Positions 1-14,989 of a DNA stretch of 64,000 nt are shown piece after piece. Position 1 is the stretch's first letter. Each line of letters opens with the position of its first letter. The DNA comes from Octopus vulgaris (taxonomy: Eukaryota), in contig CATOCA020000001.1 of assembly GCA_951406725.2 (NCBI GenBank), forward strand, positions 9,796,001 to 9,860,000. The letters are read 5' to 3'. A model generated the notes under the pieces. That model ran no database searches. It was not told where the DNA came from and was given only the letters and a program-made list of their open reading frames with translations. Both the position numbers and the translations under genes were made by a program.

Positions 1-3000
1 TGTCCCTGAATTACATGCACCTGAATTACCTGCCCGTCAATTACCTTCCCCTGAATTACATGTCCCTGAATGACATTCCTCTAAATTACCAACCGCTGCA
101 TTACCTGCCCCTGGATTACATTACCCCTGAATTACCCGCCCCTGAATTACATGCCCCTGAATTTCATGCCCCTGAATTAACTGCCCCTCAATTACCTGCT
201 CCTTAATTACATGGCCCTGAATTACATGGCCCTGAATTTCCTGCACCTTAATTACATGCCCCTGTATTACCTGCCCTTGAATTACCTGCCCCTGAGTTAC
301 ATGTCCCTGAATTACATGCACCTGAATTACCTGCCCCTCAATTACCTTTCCCTGAATTACATGCCCCTGAATTACATGTCCCGGAATTATCTGCCAATGA
401 ATGACATTCCTCTAAATTACCTGCCCCTGAATTACATACCCCTGAATTACCTTCCCCTAAATTACATGCATCTGAATTACCTGCCCCTGAATTACAAACA
501 CCTGAATTAGATGCCCCTGAATTACATGCCTCTTAATTACATGCACATGAATGACCTGACCCTGAATGATATGCCCCTCAATTATCTATCCCTAAATTAC
601 CTGCCCCGGAATTACCTGCCCGTGAATGTCATGTCCCTGGATTAACTGCCCCTGAATTACATGCCCCTGAATAACATACACCAGAATAAGATACACCTGA
701 ATTACCTGCCCCAAAATTACATACCCCTGAATTACCTGCCCCTAATTTACATGCAACTGAATTACCTGCCCCTGAATTACATGGCCCTGAATTATCTGCC
801 CCTCAATTACATGCCTCTTAATTACATGCACCTGTATGACCTGACCCTGAATTATCTATCCCTAAATTACCTGCACCTAGATTACCTGCCCCTGAATTAC
901 ATGCCCCTGGATTACCTAACCCAGAATTACATGCCCCTGAATTACCTGCCCATGAATGACATTCCTCTAAATTACCTGTCCCTGAATTACCTTCCCCTGA
1001 ATTACATTCCTCTGAATTACAAACCCATGAATTACATGCCACTGAATTACATGCCCCTGAATTACATGCCCCTGAATTACCTACCCCTCAATTACATGCC
1101 CCTGGATTACCTAACCCAGAATTACATGCACCTGGATTACCTAACCCAGAATTACATGCACCTGAATTACATGCCCCTGAATTACCTGCACCTGAAAAAC
1201 ATGCCCCTGAATTACCTCCCCCTGAATTACCATCCCCTGAATTTCATGCCCATGAATTACCTGTCCCTGAATTACCTGCCCCTGAATGACATGCCCCTGA
1301 ATGACCTGCCCCTTAATTACATACCCCTGGATTACCTGTCCCTGAATAACCTATACCTGAATAACCTGACACTCAATAATCTGCCCCTGAAGTTCCTGCC
1401 CCTAAATTACCTTCCCCTGAATTACATGCCCCTGAATTACCTGCCCATGAATTACATGCACCTGAATTACATGCCCCTGAATTACATACACCTGAATTAC
1501 CTGCCCCTGAGTCACATGTCCCTGAATAACCTGCATCTGAATTACATGCCCCTGAATTACATACACCTGAATTACATGCCTTTGAATTACCTGCCCCTAA
1601 ATTATGGGCCCCTGAATTACCTGTCCCTGAATGACATGCCCCTCAATCACCTGCCCATGAATGACATTCCTATAAATTACCTGTCCCTGAATTACCCCTG
1701 AATTACCTTCCCCTGAATTACACTCCTCTGAATTACCCCCTGAATTACCTGCCCCTCAATCACCTGCCCATGAATGACATCCCTATAAATTACCTTTCCC
1801 TGAATTACCCCTGAATTACCTGCCTCTGGATTACCTTCCCCTGAATTACACTCTAAATTACCTGCCCCTGAATTACCTGCCAATGAATGACATTCCTCTA
1901 AATCACCTGCACCTGAACTACCTGCCCCTGGATTACCTTCGCCTCAATTACCTTCCCATGAATTACATGCCCCTAAATTACCTGCCCATGAATTACATGC
2001 CCCTGAACTACCTGCCCCTTAATTACATGTCCTTGAATTATCTGCCAATATTCCTCTAAATTACCTGCCCCTAAATTACATGCCCCTGAATAACCTGCCC
2101 ATGAATTACATGCCCCTGAATTACCTGTCCCTGAATTACCTGACCCTGAATTACATGCCCCTGAATTATCTACCCCTGAGTCTCTGAATAACCTGCACCT
2201 GAATTACCTGCCCCTGAATTACATACAGCTGAATTACATGCCCGTGAATTACCTGCCCGTGAATTTCCTGCCCCAAAATTACATCCGCCTGAATTACGTG
2301 CCCCTGAATGACATGCCCCTCAATTACCTGCCCATGAATTACATACACCTGAATTACATGCCCGTGAATTACTTGCCCGTGAATTACCTGCCCCTAAATT
2401 ACATGCCCCTCAATTACCTGGCCATGAATTACCTGCCCCTGAATAACATACACCTGAATTAACTTCCCCTCAATTACCTGCCCCTGAATTATATACCCCT
2501 GAAGTACCTGCCCCTAAATTACATGCATCTGAATTACCTGCCCCTGAATTACAAACACCTGAAATACATGGCCCTGAATTACCTGCCTCTTATTTACATG
2601 CACCTGAATGACCTGCCCTGAATGACATGCCTCTGAATTATCTATCCCTAAATTACCGGCCCCTGAATTACCTACCCGTGAATGACATGCCTCTGAATTA
2701 CCTGCACCTAGATTACCTGCCCCTGAATCACCTTTCATCTGAATTACATGCCCCTGAATCACCTTTCATCTGAATTACATGCCCCTGAATTACATGCCCC
2801 TCGATTACCTGCCCCTAAATTACCTGCCCATGAATGACATTCCTCTAAATTACCTGTCCCTGAATTACCCCTGAATTACCTTCCCCTGAAATATATTGCT
2901 CTGAATTACCCACCCACGAATTACATGCCCCTGAATTACCTACCCCTGAATTACATACACCTGAATTACATGCCCCTCAATTACCTGCACCTCAATTACA

Positions 3001-6000
3001 TACCCCTGAATTACATGCACCTGAATTACCTGCACCTGAATTACATGCCCCTGAAATACATTGCTCTGAATTACCTTCCCCTGAATTACACACATCTGAA
3101 TTACATGCCCCTCAATTACCTGCACCTCAATTCCATGCCCCTGAATTACATGCCCCTGAATTACCTGCACCTGAATTACATAAACCTGAATGACATGCCT
3201 CTTAATTACTTAACCCTGAAGTACCTGCCCCTGAATTACCTGCCACTAAATTACATGCATCTGAATTACCTGCCCCTGAATTACAAACACCTGAATTACA
3301 TGACCCTGAAATACCTGCCCCTCAATTACATGTCTCTTAATTACATGCACCTGAATGACCTGCCCCTGAATGACATGTCTCTGAATTATCTATCCCTAAA
3401 TTATCTGCCCCTGAATTACCTGCCCGTGAATGACATACCCCTGAAATACCTGCACCTACATTACCTGCCCCTGAATTACATTTCATCTGAATTACATGCC
3501 CCTGAATTACCTGCCCCTGGATTACCTAACCCTGAATTACAAGCTCCTGAATTACCTGCCCATGAATGACATTCCTATAAATTACCTGTCCTTAAATTAC
3601 CCCTGAATTACCTTCCTCTGCATTACCTGCCCCTAAATTACCTGCCAATGAATGACATTCCTCTAAATCACCTGCTCCTGAATTACCTGCCCCTGGATTA
3701 CCTTCCCCTCAATTACCCGCCCATGAATTACATGCCCCTGAATTACCTGCCCCTGAATGAAGTGCACCTGAATTAAATGCCCCTGAATTACATACACCTG
3801 AATTACATGCCCGTGAATTACCTGCCCCTAAATTACATGCCCCTCAATTACCTACCCATGAATTACATACACCTGAATTACATGCCCGTGAATTACCTGC
3901 CCGTGAATTACCTGCCCCTAAAATACATGCCCCTGAATGACATGCCCCTCAATTACCTGTCCATGAATTACATGCCCCTTAACTACCTGCCCATTAATTA
4001 CATGTCCTTGAATTATCTGCCAATGAATGACATACCTCTAAATTACCTGCCCCTGAATTACATACCCCTGAATTACCTGCCTCTAAATTACATGCATCTG
4101 AATTACCTGCCCCTGCCCCTGAATAACCTGCCCCTGAATAACATACACCTAAATTACCTTCCCCAGAATTACATGCCCCTGATTTACCTGCCCCTGAATT
4201 ACATGGCCTTCAATTACCTGCCCCTCAATTACATGCACCTAAATGACCTGCCACTGAATTATCTATCCCTAAATTACCTGCCCGTGATTGACATACCCCT
4301 GAATTACCGGCACCTAGATTACCTGCCCCTGAATTACATGCTCCTGAATTACATGCCCCTGGATTACCTAACCCAGAATTACAAGCCCCTGAATTACCTG
4401 CCCATGAATGACATTCCTCTAAATTACCTGTCCCTGAATTACCCCTGAATTACCTTCCCCTGAATTACATGCCCCTGAATTACCTGCCCCTAAATTACAT
4501 GACTCTTAATTACATGCACATGAATGATCTGACTCTGAATGATGTGCCCCTGAATTACCTATCCCTAAAATACCCACCCGTGAATGACATGCCCCTGAAT
4601 TACATACACCTGAATTACATGCCCCTGAATTACCTGCCCCTGGATTACCTAGCCCTGAATTACCTTCCCTGAATGACATGCCCCTGAATGACATGCCCCT
4701 GAATGACATGCCCCTGAATTGCATACCCCTGAATTACCTGCCCATGAATTACATGCACCTGAATTACATGCCCCTGAATTACATACACCTGAATTACACT
4801 CCCCTGAATTATCTACCCCTGAGTCCCTGAATTACCTGCCCCTCAATTACCTGCCCATGAATTACCTGCCCATGAATTAAATGCCCCTGAAGTACCTGCC
4901 CCTAAATTACATGACCCTGAATGACCTGCCCCTGAATGACATGCCTCTGAATTATCTATCCCTAAATTACCAGCCCCTGAATTACCTGCCCGTGAATGAC
5001 ATGCCCCTGAATTACCTTTCCTCTGAATTACATGCCCCTGGATTACCTGCCCCTAAATTACCTGCAGATGAATGACATTCCTCTAAGTTACCTGTCCCAG
5101 AATTACCCCTGAATTACCTGCCCCTGGATTACCTTCCCCTGAATTACATGCTCCTGAATTACATTCCTCTGAATTACCCACCCACGAATTACATGCCCAT
5201 GAATTACAGACACCTGAATTACATGCCGCTGAATTACCTAACCCTGAATTACCTGCCCCTGAATTACCTTCCCTGAATGACATGCCCCTGAATGACATGC
5301 CCCTAAATTACATACCCCTGAATTACCTGCCCATGAATTATATGCACCTGAATTAAATGCCCCTGAATTACATGCCCCTGAATTACCTGCCCCAGAATTA
5401 CATGCCCCTCAAGTATCTACCCCTGAGTCCCTGACTAACCTGCACGTGAATTACCTGCCCCTGAATTACATACACCTGATTTACATGCCCGTGAATTACC
5501 TGCCCGTGAATTACCTGCCCCTAAATTACATGCCCGTGAATTACCTGCCCCTAAATTACATGCCCGTGAATTACCTGCCCCTGAATGACATGCCCCTCAA
5601 TTACCTGCCCGTGAACTACCTGGCCCTAAATTACATGCCCCTCAATTACCTGCCCATGAATTAAATGCCCCTAAATTACCTTCCCCTGAAGTACCTGCCC
5701 CTAAATTACATGCATCTGAATTACGTGCCCCTGAATTACAAGCACCTGAATTACCTGCCTCTTAATTACATGCACCTGAATGACCTGCCCCTGAATTTCA
5801 TGCCTCTGAATTATCTATCCCTAAATTACCAGCCCCTGAATTACATGCCCGTGAATGACATGCCCCTGAATTACATGCACCTCGATTACCTGCCCCTGAA
5901 TTACATGCCCCTGGATTACCTGCCCATGAATGACATTCCTCTAAATTACCTGTCCCTGAATTACGCCTGAATTACCTTCCCCCGAATTACATTCCTCTGA

Positions 6001-9000
6001 ATTACCCACCCACGAATTACATGCCCCTGAATTACATACACCTGGATTACGAGCCCCTCAATTACCTGCACCTCAATTACATGCCCCTGAATTACAAGAC
6101 CCTGAATTACCTGCCCATGAATGACATTCCTATAAATTACCTTCCCCTAAATTACATTGCTCTGTATTACCTGCCCCTGAATTACCTGCCAATGAATGAC
6201 ATTACTCTAAATCACCTGCACCTGGATTACCTTTCCCTCAATTACCCGCACATGAATTACATGCCCGATTTACCTGCCCCTGAATTACATACCCCTGAAT
6301 TACCTTCCCATAAATTACATACACCTGAATTACATGCCCGTGAATTACCTGCTTGTGAATTACCAGCCCCTAAATTTCATGCCCCTGAATGACCTGCCCC
6401 TTAATTAGTTACCCCTGGATTACCTGCCCCTGAATAACCTATACCTGAATAACCTGCCCCTGAATAACATACACCTGAATTACATACACCTGAATTACAT
6501 GCCCCTCAATTACATGCCCCTCAATTACATGCAACTGATTTACATGCCCCTGAATAACCTGCACCTGAATTACATACACCTGAATTACCTGCCCCTAAAT
6601 TACATGCCCCTGAATTACCTGCCCCTGAATGACATGCCCCTCAATTACCTGCCCATATATTACCTGCCCCCCAATTACCTGCCCATGAATTAAATGGCCA
6701 TGAATTACCTGCCCCTAAATTACATGACCCTGAATGACCTGCCCCTGAATGACATGCCTCTGAACTATCTATCCCTAAATTACCAGCCCCTGAATTACCT
6801 GCCCGTGAATGACATGCCCTGAATTACCTTTCATCTGAATTACATGCCCCTGGATTACCTGCCCCTAAATTACCTGCAGATGAATGACATTCCTCTAAGT
6901 TACCTGTCCCTGAATTACCCCTGAATTACCTGCCCCTGGATTACCTTCCCCTGAATTACATGCCCCTGAATTACATTCCTCTGAATTACCCACCCACGAA
7001 TTACATGCCCCTGAATTACATGCCCCTGAATTACCTACCCCTGAATTAGACACCTGAATTACCTGCACCTCAATTACATGCCGCTGAATTACCTAACCCT
7101 GAATTACCTGCCCCTGAATTACCTTCCCTGAATGACATGCCCCTGAATAACATGCCCCTGAATTACATACCCCTGAATTACCTGCCCATTAATTACATGC
7201 ACCTGAATTACCTGCCCCTGAAGTATCTACCCCTGAGTCCCTGAATAACCTGCACCTGAATTACCTGCCCCTGAATTATATACACTTGAATTACATGCCC
7301 GTGAATTACCTGCCCGTGAATTACCTGCCCGTGAATTACATGCCCCTGAATGACATGCCCCTCAATTACCTGCCCATGAATTAAATGCCCCTAAATTACC
7401 TTCCCCTGAAGTACCTGCCCCTAAATTACAAGCACCTGAATTACATGGCCCTGAATTACCTGTCTCTTAATTACATGCACCTGAATGACCTGCCCCTGAA
7501 TGACATGCCTCTGAATTATCTATCCCTAAATCACCAGCCCCTGAATTACCTGCCCGTGAATTACATGCTCCTGAAATACATGCACCTCGATTACCTGCCC
7601 CTGAATTACATGCCCCTGGATTACCTGCCCATGAATTGACATTCTTCTAAATTACCTGTCCCTGAATTACGCCTGAATTACCTGCCCCTGGATTACCTTC
7701 CCCCGAATTACATTCCTCTGAATTACCCACCCACGAATTACATGCCCCTAAATTACATACACCTGGATTACAAGCCCCTCAATTACCTGCACCTCAATTA
7801 CATGCCCCTGAATTACAAGACCCTGAATTACCTGCTCATGAATGACATTCCTATAAATTACCTCCCCCTGGATTACCTTCCCCTGAATTACATTGCTCTG
7901 TATTACCAGCCCCTGAATTACCTGCCAATGAATGACATTACTCTAAATCACCTGCACCTGGATTACCTTCCCCTCAATTACCCGCACATGAATTACATGC
8001 CCGAATTACCTGCCCCTGAATGACATTCCCCTGAATTACATACCCCTGAATTAGCTGCCCATAAATTACATACCCCTGAATTACATGCCCGTGAATTACC
8101 TGCCCGTGAATTACCTGCCCCTAAATTAACATTCCCCTGAATGACATGCCCCTCAATTACCTGCCCATGAATTACATGCCCCTGAACTACCTGCCCCTGA
8201 ACTACATGCCCCTGGATTACCTGCCCCTGAATTACATGCCCCTGGATTACCTGCCCCTGAATTACATGCCCCTGGATTACCTGCCCCTGGATTACCTGCC
8301 CCTGAATTACCTTCCCCTGAATAACATACATCTGAATTACCTTCCCCTGAATTACCTGCCCTGAATTACATACCCCTGAAGTACCTGCCCCTGAATTACC
8401 TGCCCCTAAATAACATGCATCTGAATTACCCGCCCCTGAATTGCAAACACCTGAATTACCTGCCTCTGAATTATCTATCCCTAAATTACCTGCCCGTGAT
8501 TGACATGCCCCTGAATTACCTTTCATCTGAATTACATGCCCCTGAATTACATACCCCTGAATTACCTGCCCATGAATAACATTCCTATAAATTACCTGTC
8601 CCTTAATTACCTTCCCCTGAATTACATGCCACTGAATTACATTCCTCTGAATACCTGCCCCTGAATTACCTGCCAATGAATGACATTACTCTAAATCACC
8701 TGCACCTGGATTACCTTCCCCTCAATTACCCGCCCATGAATTACATGCCCGAATTACATGCCCCTGAATTACCAGCCCCTGAATTACCTTCCCTAAATGA
8801 CATGTCCCTGAATTACATACCCCTGAATTACCTGCCCATGAATTACATGCACCTGAATTACATACACCTGAATTACCTGCCCCTGAACTATCTGCCCCTG
8901 AGTTACCTGCCCCTCAATTACCTGCCCAAGAATTACATACACCTGAATTACATGCCCGTGAATTACCTGCCCCTAAATTACATGCCCTTCAATTACCTGC

Positions 9001-12000
9001 CCATGAATTACATGCCCCTGAACTACCTTCACCTTAATTACATGCCCCTGGATTACCTGCCCCTGAATTACCTTCCCCTGAATAACATACATCTGAATTA
9101 CCTGCCCCTGAATTACATACCCCTGAAGTACTTGCCCCTAAATTACATGCATCTGAATTACCTGCCGCTGAATTGCAAACATCTGAATTACATGGCCCTC
9201 AATTAGATGCCTCTTAATTACAAGCACCTGAATGACCTGCCCTTGAATTACCTGCACCTAGATTACCTGCCCCTGAATAACATTTTCTCTGAATTACAAG
9301 CCACTGAATTACATACCCCTGAATTACCTGCCCCTGCCCATGAATGACATTCCTCTAAATTACCTGTCCCTGAATTACCTGCCCCTGGATTACCTTCCCC
9401 TGGATTACCTAACCCTGAATTACCTGCCCCTGAATGACAATCCTCTAAATTACCTTCCCTGAATTACATGCCCCTGAATTACATTCCTCTGAATTACCCA
9501 CCCATGAATTACCTGCCCCTTAATTACCTACCCCTGAATTACATGCACCTCAATTACATACACCTGAATTACATGCCCCTTAATTACATGCACCTGAATT
9601 ACATTCCCCTGAATTACCTGCACCTGGATTACATAAACCTGAATTAACTGCACCTGAATTACATGCCACTGAATTACCTTGCTCTGAATTACATACCCCT
9701 TAACTACTTAACCCTGGATTACCTGCCCCTGAATAACCTACACCTGAATAACCTGACCCTCAATTACCTTCCCCTGAATTACATGGCCCTGAATTACCTG
9801 CCCCTTAATTACATGCACCTGAATGACATGCCTCTGAATTATCTATCCCTAAATTACCATCCCCTGAATTACCTGCCCCTGAATTACATGCCCCTGAATG
9901 ACATTCCTCTAAATTACCTGTCCCTGAATTACCCCTGAATTACATGCCCCTGAATTACATGCCCCTGGATTTCCTAACCCAGAATTACCTGCCCCTGAAT
10001 GACAATCCTCTAAATTACCTTCCCTGAATTACATTTCTCTGAATTACCCACCCATGAATTACATGCCCCTGAATTACATGCCCCTCAAATACCTGCACCT
10101 CAATTACATGCCCCTGAATTACATGCCCCTAAATTACCTGCCCATGAATTACATGCCCCTGAACTACCTGCCCCTTAATTACATGCCCCTGGATTACCTG
10201 CCCCTGAATTACCTTCCCCTGAATAACATACATCTGAATTACCTGCCCCTGAATTACCATCCCCTGAATTACCTGCCCCTGAATTACCTGCCCCTGAATG
10301 ACATTCCTCTAAATTACCTGTCCCTGAATTACCCCTGAATTACATGCCCCTGGATTTCCTTACCCAGAATTACCTGCCCCTGAATGACAATCCTCTAAAT
10401 TACCTTCCCTGAATTACATTCCTCTTAATTGCCCACCCATGAATTACATGCCCCTGAATTACATACACCTGAATTACATGCCCCTCAAATACCTGCACCT
10501 CAATTACATGCCCCTGAATTACATGCCCCTCAATTACCTGCCCATGAATTACATGCCCCTGAACTACCTGCCCCTTAATTACATGCCCCTGGATTACCTG
10601 CCCCTGAATTACCTTCCCCTGAATAACATACATCTGAATTACCTGCCCCTGAATTACCTGCCCCTGAATAACCTAACCCTAAATAACCTGACCCTGAATT
10701 ACCTTCCCCTGAATCACCTGCCCCTGAATTACAAACACCTGAATTACCTGCCCCTCAATTACATGCCTCTTAATTACATGCACCTGAATGACCTGCCTCT
10801 GAATTATCTATCCCTAAATTACCTGCCCGTGAATGACATGCCCCTGAAATACCTGCCCCTGAATTACCTAACCCTGAATTACCTGCCCATGAATGACATT
10901 CCTATAAATTACCTGCCCCTGAATTACCTTTCATCTGAATTACATGCCCCTGAATTACATTCCTCTGAATTACCTGCCCCTGAATTACCTGCCAATGAAT
11001 GACATTCCTCTAAATCACCTGCACCTGGATTACCTTCCCCTCAATTACATGCCCCTGAATTATCTGCCCCTGAGTCCCTGAATAACCTGCACCTGAATTA
11101 CCTGCCCCTGAATTACATACACCTGAATTACATGCTCGTGAATTACCTGCCCCTAAATTACATGCCAATGAATTACCTGCCAATGAATCACATACACCTG
11201 AATTACATGCCCCTAAATTACATGCCCCTGAATGACATGCCCCTCAATTACCTGCCCCTGAACTACCTGCCCTTTAATTACATGCCCCTGAATAACATAC
11301 ACCTGAATTACCTGCCCCTGAATTACATACCCCTGAAGTACCTGCCCCTAAATTACATGCATCTGAATTACCTGCCCCTGAATTGCAAACACCTGAATTA
11401 CATGGCCCTCAATTACATGCCTCTTAATTACATGCACCTGAATGACATGCCTCTGAATTATCTATCCCTAAATTACCTGCACCTAGATTACCTGCCCCTG
11501 AATTACCTTTCATCTGAATTAATTGCCCCTGAATTACATACCCTGGATTACCTAACCCTGAATTACCTGCCCATGAATGACATTCCTTTAAATTACCTGT
11601 CCCTGAATTACCCCTGAATTACCTTCCCCTAAATTACATTCCCCTGAATTACATACACCTGAATTATATGCCCCTCAATTACCTGCACCTCAATTACATG
11701 CCCCTGAATTACATGCACCTGAATTACATTCCCCTGAATTACCTGCACCTGGATTACATAAACCTGAATTACCTGCCCCTGAATTACATGCCCCTCAATT
11801 AACTGCCTCTGAATTACCTTGCTCTGAATTACATGCCCCTGAATTACATGCCCCTTAATTACTTAACCCTGGATTACCTGCCCCTGAATAACCTACACCT
11901 GAATAACCTGACCCTGAATTACATACCCCTGAATTACATGCCCCTCAATTACCTGCCCGTGAATTACATGGCCCTGAATTACATGTCCCTGAATTTCCTG

Positions 12001-12158
12001 CCCCTTAATTACATGCCCCTGAATTACCTGTCCCTGAAATACATGCACCTGGATTACCTGCCCCTGAATTTCCTGCGCCTGGATTACCTGCCTTGAATTA
12101 CCTGCCCCTGAATTACCTGCCCCTGAATTACCTGTCCCTGAATTACATGTCCCTGAAT
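1..12158. repeat. 15-bp tandem satellite, consensus approx. CCCCTGAATTAC(C/A)TG; continues past the left edge
   Basis: Uninterrupted head-to-tail copies of ...CCTGAATTACCTGCC... with point variants and occasional indels. The LNYLP/PELPA/QGQVI ORFs are by-products of the 15-bp (5-codon) period. Confidence 0.98.
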
Positions 12159-12171
12159 GTATGAATATCTA

Positions 12172-12605
12172 TGTATGGACGCATGATGTGTGGACGAGGC
12201 TTGTGTGTATGGACACATGATGTTTTAACGAGGCTTGTTTGTATGGACGCATGATGTGTGAACGAGGCTTGTTTGTATGGACGCAAGATATGTGAACGAG
12301 GCATATTTGTATGGACGCATGATGTGTGAACGAGGCTTGTTTGTATGTACGCATGATGTGTGAACGAGGCTTGGTTGTTTGGACGCATGATGTGTGAACG
12401 AGGCTTGTTTGAATGGACGCATGATGTGTGAACGAGGTGTGTATGAGTGGACGCATGATGTGTGAACGTGGCTTGTTTGTATGGACGCATGTGTGAAAGA
12501 GGCTTGTTTGTATGGACGCATGATGTGTGAACGAGGCATGTTTGTATGGACGCATGATGTGTGAACGAGGCATGTTTGTATGGACGCATGATGGGTGAAC
12601 GAGGC
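12172..12605. repeat. 34-bp minisatellite GTATGGACGCATGATGTGTGAACGAGGCTTGTTT, about 13 copies
   Basis: The unit recurs at 34-bp spacing (e.g. 12241, 12275) and almost directly abuts the 15-bp array. Confidence 0.95.
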
Positions 12606-12607
12606 AG

Positions 12608-13000
12608 CACTTATTCTTTCTAAGCCTAGTATTTATTCTAACTTATTCTTTTCTGCCGAGCCGCTGAAATACAGGGAGGAAAACACACCAGCATTGTTTG
12701 AAAAATCTACTATAGCCCCGAGCCGACCAAAGCCTTGTGATTGGATTTGGTGGAAGGAAACTGGAAAACTCCAGTCATATATATATTTATGTGTGCGTGT
12801 GTCTTTGTTCCCAAACATTGCTACACAACGGATGCTAGTCTGTTTACGTCCCCATAACTTAGAGGTTCAGCGAAATAGACTGATAGAATAAGCACTAGGC
12901 CTACAATGAATAAGTCCTGGGGTCGATATGATCGACTAAAGGTCGTACTCCAACATGGCCACAGTCAAATGACTGAAACAAGTAAATGAGAGTAAAAGAG
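12608..13000. mobile_element. Degenerate SINE fragments in both orientations
   Basis: Matches parts of the SINE at 37056-37525: CTATAGCCCCG..CCGACCAAAGCCTTGTGA, and the tail ..CATGGCCACAGTCAAATGACTGAAACAAG. Confidence 0.75.
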
Positions 13001-13337
13001 TTAAATAACGAGAAAAGTCCATGACCTGTTAACTAGGGAGATAGCAGAAAATATCTCCTAGAGTTACTTCCCTAACGTCATATAATACGTTTCATGTTGT
13101 AATATCTGTAAGAAAGTAATAATGACATAATCAAGTTTCTTTTTTGTTTTATATAGTATATATGCGTATGTGGGTATATACACGTATATCTGTAAGTATA
13201 TATATATATATATATAAATACTGGAGCGCCGCCTTTAGTTGATCACATCGTCCGCAGCACTTCTTTGTAAGCCTAGTATTTTATTCTCTTTTGCCGAACC
13301 GCTAAAATACAGGGAGTAAAACAGCTACAGTCGTTCG

Positions 13338-13562
13338 AAGGTAATGACCAAACTGTCTACTTTTATCCACCAGTTCCAACACCATTTAACAAAAAAGGAG
13401 ACAAATTGCTTGACTAGATTTCACTGCAAAGCCAGTAACATCTATGAACTTCCCAAAATCTACAAAAGTTAAGCCATAAACAAAACCTGTAACAAGTTAA
13501 CTTCTATAGTTATAAATATTCCACACCCGAGAGATATCCGAATGAGGCCAATTATGGGAGGT
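13338..13562 (+). pseudogene. Relic of a Penelope-like reverse transcriptase (N-terminal part)
   Basis: Manual translation KVMTKLSTFIHQFQHHLTKKETNCLTRFHCKASNIYELPKIYKS*AINKTCNKLTSIVINIPHPRDIRMRPIMGG aligns with [52 protein letters not shown] of the RT at 39209-41119. Confidence 0.8.
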
Positions 13563-14287
13563 ATTGGGTGCTTAACACTCGCAAATCTGAAGTCGCTAAA
13601 GGTGCAATAAATTGAACTTCTTTTCATTTAGAACTTAGGGATCTGCAAATGTGGGTATCTTGGAGATGCTTAAGGTGTCTGCTGTAGCTGTAATCGTCGC
13701 ACAAACAAACGAATAAAAACACAGTCGCTCACACACACGTACACACAAAAATAAAAACATTCACACAAACACAGACACTGAAATGAAAATAGCAACACAC
13801 ACACACATATAAAAAGTCCCACGCACACAAACACTGAAAAAAAATTCTCACAAAAACACTCACATACGCACAAAAAATAAAAATACAGATACATATTCAC
13901 ACACTCAAACACGCGGACAAACACAGAAATGAAAACAGTTACATACCTACACATGCACAAACACAGACACACACAAATACAAATGGAAAATACGGTAACA
14001 CATCCAAACTCTAACACACTAACATACGCACAAACACACATACACACAAACATAAGCACCCACACACAGAAATGAAAACACAGTTACACACTCACACATA
14101 AACCCTAACCCTAACTAGCACAAACATACAATTTATTCAGAATGTAGAGGGGCATTGGGTGCTTTGCACTCGCAGTTAGAATATCAGCTCCCTCCACGCC
14201 TATATTAGAATTTCTGTCATCCACTTGTGAAATTAATACATTGACGACACATGGGAAAAATATGAGCAACATCTGAAGCCACTTAAG

Positions 14288-14950
14288 GTGCAATAAATTG
14301 AACTTATTTTGATTTAGTATTTAGTGATCTCAAAAGTGGATATCTTACAAATGGTCAAAGTGTTTGTTGTAGTTGTAAGTGTCGCACACACACAAACAAA
14401 TAGAAACACTCAGTCGCTCACACACTCGCGCACACAGAAATAAAAACACTCTCACACACAAACACTGAAATGAAAATACCCACACTCACATAAATAAAAA
14501 CAGTCCCACACACACAAGGAGCCCCAATAGGTATATCAAAAAAGTTTCTAGTATTTTTCCTAGCCCATAATTTATGATAATTGAAATTCTTACAATGAAT
14601 AAATACCTACTAAATCAGTATATCGAACATTACGTCCCCGTAACTTATCGGTTCTGCAAAAGAGACCTATACATTAATTAACTCTCGGAAGGGAGATAAC
14701 TAGATAACATCTTCCAGAGTTACTTTCCTTACATATAATTATATTACTTTTAATAAATTATAATGAGCAAGAGGAAGTAACTTTCGAATATATTATTCAG
14801 ACATGACGTAGATTTTACGATTTTTTGGAGTTTAACTGCTCTCTCTAGTGAGTCGGATGTCCCATTACGGCCATCCCATATATGTTTAAATATCTATACG
14901 TATATACATATATCTGTCAATATATACCTATGTCTCTCTCTCTCTCTCTG

Positions 14951-14989
<39 letters not shown>

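Noticed and set aside
1-12158. Long ORFs of LNYLP/LNYMP, PELPA or QGQVI pentapeptide repeats as a structural protein gene
   Set aside because: Frequent frameshifting indels and stops, ORFs in several frames on both strands, and no unique N- or C-terminus. The 15-bp period explains them.
12172-12605. 34-bp repeats as a CRISPR array
   Set aside because: Units are head to tail with no unique spacers, there are no cas genes, and the context is eukaryotic.
14101-14115. AACCCTAACCCTAAC as a telomere or healed break
   Set aside because: Only 2.5 units, too short to distinguish from chance or a repeat-borne motif.
14126-14223. Possible further minus-strand exon (VDDRNSNIGVEGADILTASAKHPMPLYILNKL)
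   Set aside because: Phase does not match the preceding candidate exon, and part of it resembles repeated sequence at ~13560.
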